Below are positions 56,902 through 64,000 of a DNA stretch of 64,000 bases, piece after piece. Location of the stretch: the sequence record OR836606.1; one strand, 5' to 3'. The notes below the pieces were generated by a model, which was not told where the DNA came from, did no database searches, and saw only the letters and a program-made list of their open reading frames with translations. Every line of letters begins with the position of its first letter. The first letter of the stretch is position 1. The stretch comes from Staphylococcus phage LY01. The position numbers were made by a program, and so were the translations under genes.

Positions 56902-57705
56902 ATGGAGATGAAATGGATAATGGAAGAATTAAACCAAGCAATTGAATTATTTAATAATGACTTAGAAAGAATTAATGAAGATATTTCAAATGTATTAATG
57001 AAAGAGATGAAAGAAGAATCTAATAGAAAAGAATTAGAAATCTTAGAAGAACGATTAGGTTCAACTGGAGATAGTAAAACATTTAGAGATTTTTATAGTA
57101 TGAAAATGATTAGAAGAAAATCAGATAATATTACTGGTTTGTCATATTCTGATTTTATTAAATTCTTTACTGATGAAAATGAATTAAACAGTGAAGAAAA
57201 TTTTGCAAGAAATATTATGGATTTCTTATCTATGTCTAGAAGTGTAAATATTAGTGAATTTCTTCCAGAAGGACAAAGTAATATTAGTGAAAGAGTATTT
57301 GCATTAATGTTAAGTTATACCGATGAAAATATGGGAACTAATTTAAACTTTCAAGAAATATATAATATAATTTTAGTGACTTATATTGATTTATTTGTAT
57401 ACTATAATAAATCAGATTTAATTAAAGGTAATGATATCACTAAAAAAGATAATAAAATTATTAAGAATTTTTCAGATTCAATTATTAATGAATTTTTAAA
57501 TGAATCTATTAAAGCCATGCAAGCTAGTGAAGCTATTAAAATTAATTCAAGAAAAATTCCTAAGAATATTAATCCGATAGAAATGATATCTTTAGAACAA
57601 ATAGGCAAAATTAAAGCTGAAGAAGCTGAAGGAACTTCTAAAGAATTAAATGCTAATATGCTTTTAGTAAAAACTATTCTTGAATATAGAGCTAATGTAA
57701 AATAA
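56902..57705 (+). CDS. Hypothetical protein (267 aa)
   Basis: ORF with RBS AATGGAGATG. Confidence 0.5.
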   Translation: MEMKWIMEELNQAIELFNNDLERINEDISNVLMKEMKEESNRKELEILEERLGSTGDSKTFRDFYSMKMIRRKSDNITGLSYSDFIKFFTDENELNSEENFARNIMDFLSMSRSVNISEFLPEGQSNISERVFALMLSYTDENMGTNLNFQEIYNIILVTYIDLFVYYNKSDLIKGNDITKKDNKIIKNFSDSIINEFLNESIKAMQASEAIKINSRKIPKNINPIEMISLEQIGKIKAEEAEGTSKELNANMLLVKTILEYRANVK

Positions 57706-57710
57706 TAAAA

Positions 57711-57760
57711 TTGAGGTAACTATCATTAATTTGATAGTTACCTCTAATATTTTATTTTTT
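57711..57760. terminator. Bidirectional terminator
   Basis: Stem gaggtaactatca/tgatagttacctc followed by a T-run. Confidence 0.6.
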
Positions 57761-59023
57761 TTAAAATATATCCATTTTGTATAAATCTTTTTTTCTTCCT
57801 TGATTTATTAATTCATTTATCATATTAATCTTACGTGTATCTGTATACATTACAAGTGTATGAACTTTATTATCTTCAGGTTCTTTTACAATTAATTCAA
57901 AAGTATCATAATCAACAAAATATTCATTTTTACTCATAGGTTTATTATTCTTAAATAGTTTAAATTCTACAATTTTTTGAATATCTCCATTAATTTTATT
58001 AATCTCTTTAATTGAGTTTATAACATCTTTTTCCAATATTTCTTCAATCTGAGTTGAATCAAATTTAACATTCATTTCAGTATTAAAGTTTCTTTCTAAT
58101 AGTAACTTCATTCCTCTTTCATTCTCTTTAGGAATCATATCTTGTAAAATAGCAATATCAAATTGTAAAACATCATCTGAAATTGAATCAATTTCTCTTT
58201 GAATATTAAAGTCATCTTCAATTTCTAATATATAGCTACCAGGTACCCACAATTCAGCAGATATCGCATATCTAACCGAAGCTGATTTATTTATTAAATT
58301 AGTTATTTCTTTTTCATAATTAGTTAAATCAGGGTAATTTAATAATATATTAGTGGTATAATCATAAGTATATTTTTCTTTGCCTGTAGATAAATCTTTT
58401 TTATTAGTAATTGGACCTAATCCATTTGTCATTAAATAATCATTCAATTGCATTCTATCTTTATTGTTATTAATATCTAAACCTAATTTTCTACATATAT
58501 TAACAATAAATATCTCTGGTAATTTTGTTGGTATTCTTATTCCGTTAGCGTAATTATATCCACCATTTTCAAATGTTTGATTAATGTGATTAAGAACATT
58601 CCAAGCGCCCATTTCTGTTTGTAATAATATACCATAATTAAATACTATTTTATATCTTTGAGGTACTGTATATATTCTAATTCCTCTTGTATCATCTTCA
58701 AATATTAATCTATAATTTCTTTTAAGATTTTTCATTATAAATCTATCAGTTTTATGCCACATAGGTAAACCTGACATAAAACCATCTCCTAATTCAAATT
58801 GAGTATTCATTGATAAATGAGGAAATCCTCTTTTACGTTCTTTCATATCTTTTAATGAATTTGAATTAAGGGAAGTATTTACATAAGTTGAAACAAAAAA
58901 ATTGCTAGGGAACATTGATTTAAAATAGTTCCACATAAATGATTGCACTCCTGATATAACGCTAGATAATGAAGGCGATGCAGTACACATGGAATAACCA
59001 TTTTCTTTTCCTAAATGAGGCAT
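57761..59023 (-). CDS. Hypothetical protein (420 aa)
   Basis: ORF. Confidence 0.5.
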   Translation of the reverse strand: MPHLGKENGYSMCTASPSLSSVISGVQSFMWNYFKSMFPSNFFVSTYVNTSLNSNSLKDMKERKRGFPHLSMNTQFELGDGFMSGLPMWHKTDRFIMKNLKRNYRLIFEDDTRGIRIYTVPQRYKIVFNYGILLQTEMGAWNVLNHINQTFENGGYNYANGIRIPTKLPEIFIVNICRKLGLDINNNKDRMQLNDYLMTNGLGPITNKKDLSTGKEKYTYDYTTNILLNYPDLTNYEKEITNLINKSASVRYAISAELWVPGSYILEIEDDFNIQREIDSISDDVLQFDIAILQDMIPKENERGMKLLLERNFNTEMNVKFDSTQIEEILEKDVINSIKEINKINGDIQKIVEFKLFKNNKPMSKNEYFVDYDTFELIVKEPEDNKVHTLVMYTDTRKINMINELINQGRKKDLYKMDIF

Positions 59024-59140
59024 ATATCTCTACCTACTTTCTATTAGTTTCATAATAAATAAAATGTTGAGTAATTTTTTAAAATGCTATAATAACTTAA
59101 TTTATATTATAAATATTAATTTAAAAGGAGTTTTCTAAAA

Positions 59141-59563
59141 ATGGTAGAAACAATTGAACAAGTTACAATTAAAAATAAAGATTTGCAAACTGTATATGAT
59201 GTGTTATTTAACATCCCACTTAATGGTAATAAATCTAGACATAGAACTAAATTTGTAAATAATATCAAAGAGGCGTATGAAGAATATGCTAAAGATAGAC
59301 AAGATATGATTAATGAATTTTCTAAAAAAGATGAAAATGGTAATATTATTAAAGATCCTAAAGACTCAAGAAGTATCATCCTTAATATAGATGAATTTCC
59401 GAATGCTAAAGAAGATATATTGGCTATTGATGAAGAAAAAGCAGTAATTGTTGTTAGAGATAAATATATTTTATTAGATATTATTGATAATATGGAAATT
59501 CAACTATCAGGGGAAAAAGCTATTATTATTGATACGTTAGCTGAACAATTAGAAGAATATTAA
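59141..59563 (+). CDS. Hypothetical protein (140 aa)
   Basis: ORF with RBS AAAAGGAG. Confidence 0.5.
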   Translation: MVETIEQVTIKNKDLQTVYDVLFNIPLNGNKSRHRTKFVNNIKEAYEEYAKDRQDMINEFSKKDENGNIIKDPKDSRSIILNIDEFPNAKEDILAIDEEKAVIVVRDKYILLDIIDNMEIQLSGEKAIIIDTLAEQLEEY

Positions 59564-59618
59564 TAATTGATATGAAACACATTAATATCAATTAAATGAA
59601 AGGATGGTGAATTAAATT

Positions 59619-62600
59619 TGATTAGTATTCTAGATAAAGAACGTAAAAGAATTGAAGGTAAATTAGTTTCAGGAACTTTTGAAAATGTAATTTCCTACGA
59701 GAAATTAGTATATGATTTTAGTAAGAAAACTGAAATCATTAACATTGAATTCAAAAGTAAAAACTATATTTCAGAAAATACACATATAATTATTAAAGAT
59801 GAAAGCAAGAATAATTCTGAATTTGTATGTATTAAAGAAGATGGTTTAAAATCTTCATTAATCCCTGCTTATGTAAAAGATTTAAATAATATTTTTATGA
59901 ATTCCAATAAAGAATTAAAGGGACAATTAAAATCAATATTGAGTACTTTATTACTAAATACAGGATATAATATCGAGTATAATGATTTGGTTGTTGATGA
60001 AGAAATTACTTTATCTAAAAGTAATAAATCAGTATTCGAAAAATTATTGGATATTTTATTTGAAAAAGATTTATCTATTAGACATAAGTATGATATTAAT
60101 ACAAATGAAAGAGCTTTAATAATTAATAAAGGTAAAGATTTAAGAAAATCTAATCCTAAAGAAATTTCTGGTAGAATTCCTGGTTTTGAATTTAATGTAG
60201 ATAAACCAAATATTAAAACTGGTTTAATTATGTATAATGAAAATAACGAATCTATTACCGTTAAAGATTCATTAAACCAAGCTAGATTTATTAAAGATGA
60301 AAATTATATATTTGATACTATGGAAGTTAAAGGAAAAACCAGAGATGAAATGGAAGAAATCGCTTTTAAGTACCTCAATGACAGTTCTTTGAATGCTATA
60401 GATTTAAAAATGACTGGTTTAGTATTAAGAAATTGGACTAACTGTCATTATAATAAATTTATATCAAGTCAAATATTCATCAATTATAAAAATATAAAAC
60501 CTGAATTAATCGCAGGTTTTCAAATATATAAATTAGAGAGAAGTTTATTCGATTACAATATAGAGAAATTTAACTTCTTTGCTAAGTATAAAAATTCTAA
60601 TGAAATTTATAAACCTGAAATGTTAGAGAATTATACTAAATATGCTAATGATGACATCTTTATTAAAGACAATACATCTTCTAAAAATAATAATGTTAAA
60701 TTAGTTGAATCTTTAGTTAATAAACAATTAGAATCATTTAAAAATTATATTAATGATATTAGCGGTGATAAATATAATGGCGTAGATGGATTAAGTGTAT
60801 TGCAATCAAATAAAGAACTTAATTTTGATGCCATTATTTCCGATTTTAATTTAATTAAATCTCAAAAAGATCAAGTTGTTAACCAATTAAAATCTATATT
60901 TGATTCAGCTTATCTTAAAGAAGATTCAATTAAGATTCAAGTTAGAGATAAAATTAATGAGATTGATAATGAATTTAATAAAATTAAATCTGAAGTTAAT
61001 AAGCTTAATAGGGCCGACCAAAATGAATCATTAATGAAAGATATTAATAAATCTTTTGTAGAATTCTATTTTGTAGTTAATAGTACCAAACGTATTATTG
61101 AGTTATCTAATGAAGCTATTAATTTGGAAATGAATAAACTTCAAAATGAATATTCTCATGGCATTAAAGATAGTGTGTTTTCTGAAATTGGAAGAGTTTT
61201 AGGATTATCTTATGATAGTAAAACTCAAAAATTAACAGGAGATATTAATGTAACTGAAGATATCAATGAAGTAAAAACTTCTTTAGAATTAATGAAAATT
61301 AAAGTTGCTAGAATTGAAAATGAACTTAATGATTCTGATAGAGAACTAAAAGAAAGCTTAATTCAATTAAAAGAAAATATATCAAAAGTATTAGGTTTAC
61401 CTCTTAACTCTGAATCTGGTTTAATAGATGGTACTATAGATAAACAGGATACGTTTGATCTTATCCAAGAACATATTCAAAAAACTAAAGATGAAATTGC
61501 TGAAACTAAATCCAACTTAGAGAATGCTAAAACAGAATTAGAAAAACAAAAAGATGAATTAGATCAAAAATCTAAAGACATAGATAAAGCTATGGCTGAA
61601 GCTAATAGAGTTAGAGAAGATTTAGGTCAAGAATTAGAATTATCAAAGAAAGAATTTAATTATTACATGGATTCTCGTGGAGATAATTTAATTTTTAACG
61701 GTAATGCAGATCAAGGAGATGAATCAAACTTTCCTGGAATGTATTATGATAATTCAGATGCCTTCCAATCAGCAGCTTCATTTAGAATGGAAGGATTTAA
61801 CGCTACCGTTTCTTCTGAAAGATTAATACCAATTAATCCGGAGAAAACATACAAACTCTCTATGTTTATGAAAAATAATACTTCTCTTCCTTCTTCTATA
61901 GGTCATTTAAGTTATGATAAAGACGGACAATTGATAGAATCTCAACATGTAATGGGTAGTGAGAAACCTGTAATTGAACTAGCTCAAGAATTAAGACAAG
62001 GAGATAAAGTTATTTATTTCAAAAGTCTTGATGGTCTCGATGACACTTATAGATTTCAATCTGCACCTTTAGAAGATGAAGATGATACACCTGTTTATGA
62101 TTATGATAGAGGTGGATCGGTTATATTACCTAGTGATGCAGACGATATTCTTTCTATAGATGATCCTAACGCATTACCTGATGAAGAAGATAAAGTGATA
62201 TATGCAGATGATACTCCTGAAGAAGATAAAACTATAGAACCTGATGTCCCGATGCCTGATTCTGATCAACCAGTTGAAACTAATTCAACACCTTTAGATG
62301 AAGAAGAAGCTATTAAAAATATGACTAATAACTACAACGTATCTAATGCTGGAATTATTAATAGAAATATTAATCCTAATTTAACAGATTATAATGATAA
62401 TCATTCATTAGTTATTTGGAATTTCAAGAGTAATGATGGTTATAATTATGGAGAATCAACATATTCTAGAAATGTATTCATGAACGGTTGGGATTTTGGA
62501 GCTATTGATAGAGAAAATAATTGTATCTATTTAAATAGACCTTTTGATTTAATTAACTATGATTCTGAAGATGGAAGTTTCCCTGCTGACACTAAAGTAT

Positions 62601-64000
62601 CAGGAACATTTACTGACAGTAATGTAGAATGGTCTTTAATTAAGGATGAAGATATTCCTAATGCAGAAGAAGATGATGATCCTGAAGAATTTAATGGATG
62701 GTATCATCGTCAAAGTTTAATAACTAAAGAGAATGTTAGAGGCACTAATGGTTTTCTATATGGCGCTTTTTACATGACTTTATACTTTAAAGTAAACCAA
62801 TCTGAAGATTCAGATATAATTGAATTTGAAGATGGATCGAATGAACCTAAATTCTGGGTTACTAATTTAGAAATGTATGACGTTACTGGATTAGAGTCAG
62901 TTAAGAAAACAGTCATAGATACCAATGAATTAGTTGCCACTATGATGACTAAAAAAGAAATGGATGATTATCGTAAACAAGTGGTTGATAGTTTCTCTAA
63001 CGTTAGTCAAACAGTGGAAGCTATTAGACAAGAAGTAACTAAAAAAATAGAAGATCTAGATGATGAAATAATTAGAGATATAAGTTCTAGACTAGAAACT
63101 GTTGCAGGAGAAATTTCTGCTATATCTGAAGAACAAAAAGTAACTAAAGAAAATATTACTAATTTAGAGGGTAGTCTAAAAGTAGCCACTGATAATATCA
63201 CAACATTAGTTTCTAGAATAGATAGAAGTGATGAAAATTATTCATCTCTATTTACTGAAGTAGAACAACTTGATAATAGATATACAGTTACTGCTGAAAA
63301 AGTTGAAAAACAAGGTGAGAATATTACGGACCTCTCAGGTAAATTAACAGTTGCTAATGATACCATAACTCAAGAAGTCATAGATAGAAAATCTGCGGTT
63401 AATGACGTTATGGAATCTTCTAAAGCTCTAATTAAAGTTGAATCCGATAGAATTACTAATTTGGTAACTAGACAAGAAGCTACAGATAATACTGTATCTA
63501 ATTTAGAAACTAATATTACTGCTGAAATTGGTAGAATTGATCAAAGAGTTACTTCTGAAACTAGTACTGAAGCTCTAGCAGGTAAAATTAAAATTGGTAC
63601 TAAGAATATGCTATCTGGTACTGAAAAATTTGATTTACCTTTTTTAGCTAGCATTACTAAAAGAGATAATAATGGTATTACTTATGCTAATACTAAAACA
63701 GGTTTAGCTGAAGTTTCTCAAATAGTTGCAGTTAAACCTAATACGAATTATGTGTTAAGTTATGATGCTTATTCAGCAGCCGCCTCTCCAGTAATTAAAA
63801 CACCTATTACAAGAGCTTCAAGTCTAACTAATGAGATTTCACCTAAAGATTATCTTATTACTATGGCTGAATCTGCTAAGACATTGACAACAACTCCTAC
63901 TCGTTATGAGCTGAGATTCAATTCTAGAACAAACAATTTCATTAAAATTCAGTTCACTGCAGATAATGCGACTAAAGATACTTATGTGGGTCATATTCAA
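59619..64000 (+). CDS. Very large structural protein (>1460 aa, runs off the window): coiled-coil region plus C-terminal carbohydrate-binding-like module; tail fibre or receptor-binding candidate
   Basis: TTG start after RBS AAAGGATGGTGA. Read in one frame to the window end without encountering a stop. Long heptad-like LxxL/N-T repeats ~62900-63560. C-terminal segment GTKNMLSGTEKFD...YVLSYDAYS typical of phage receptor-binding proteins. Confidence 0.55.

Overview
This 64-kb window is extremely AT-rich and gene-dense, and reads as part of a large tailed (myovirus-like) phage genome from a low-GC Firmicutes-type host. Evidence for this includes strong AGGAGG/GGGGG ribosome-binding sites, TTG starts, and N/K/I/Y-rich proteins.

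Recognisable genes:
- A MoxR-like AAA+ ATPase with an HExxH metallopeptidase-like partner.
- An SF1 (Dda/RecD-like) helicase.
- Two tandem, paralogous ~1900-1980-aa virion proteins carrying peptidoglycan-hydrolase domains (M23 plus a GDSL-like domain, and tail-lysozyme plus CHAP/NlpC-P60).
- A tail sheath (1050 aa) and a tail tube.
- A class Ib ribonucleotide reductase operon, nrdH-nrdI-nrdE-nrdF.
- A large terminase (terL), a putative major capsid protein, two paralogous HExxH membrane metallopeptidases, a T4 gp21-like prohead protease, and a very large receptor-binding or tail-fibre-like protein that runs off the 3' end.

The most striking feature is intron load. At least eight self-splicing group I introns carry the canonical P/Q/R/S core elements and a matching internal guide sequence (IGS). 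Seven are miniature (about 157-181 nt), five begin with an in-frame UAA, and the family shows P4 covariation. They interrupt nrdE once, the prohead protease three times (leaving a 27-nt micro-exon) and terL four to five times (leaving 63-nt and 72-nt micro-exons).

One terL intron is an IStron: a group I ribozyme fused to an IS605-family element that encodes TnpB, an RNA-guided nuclease, together with a predicted omega-RNA / right end. The window also contains many rho-independent terminator hairpins.
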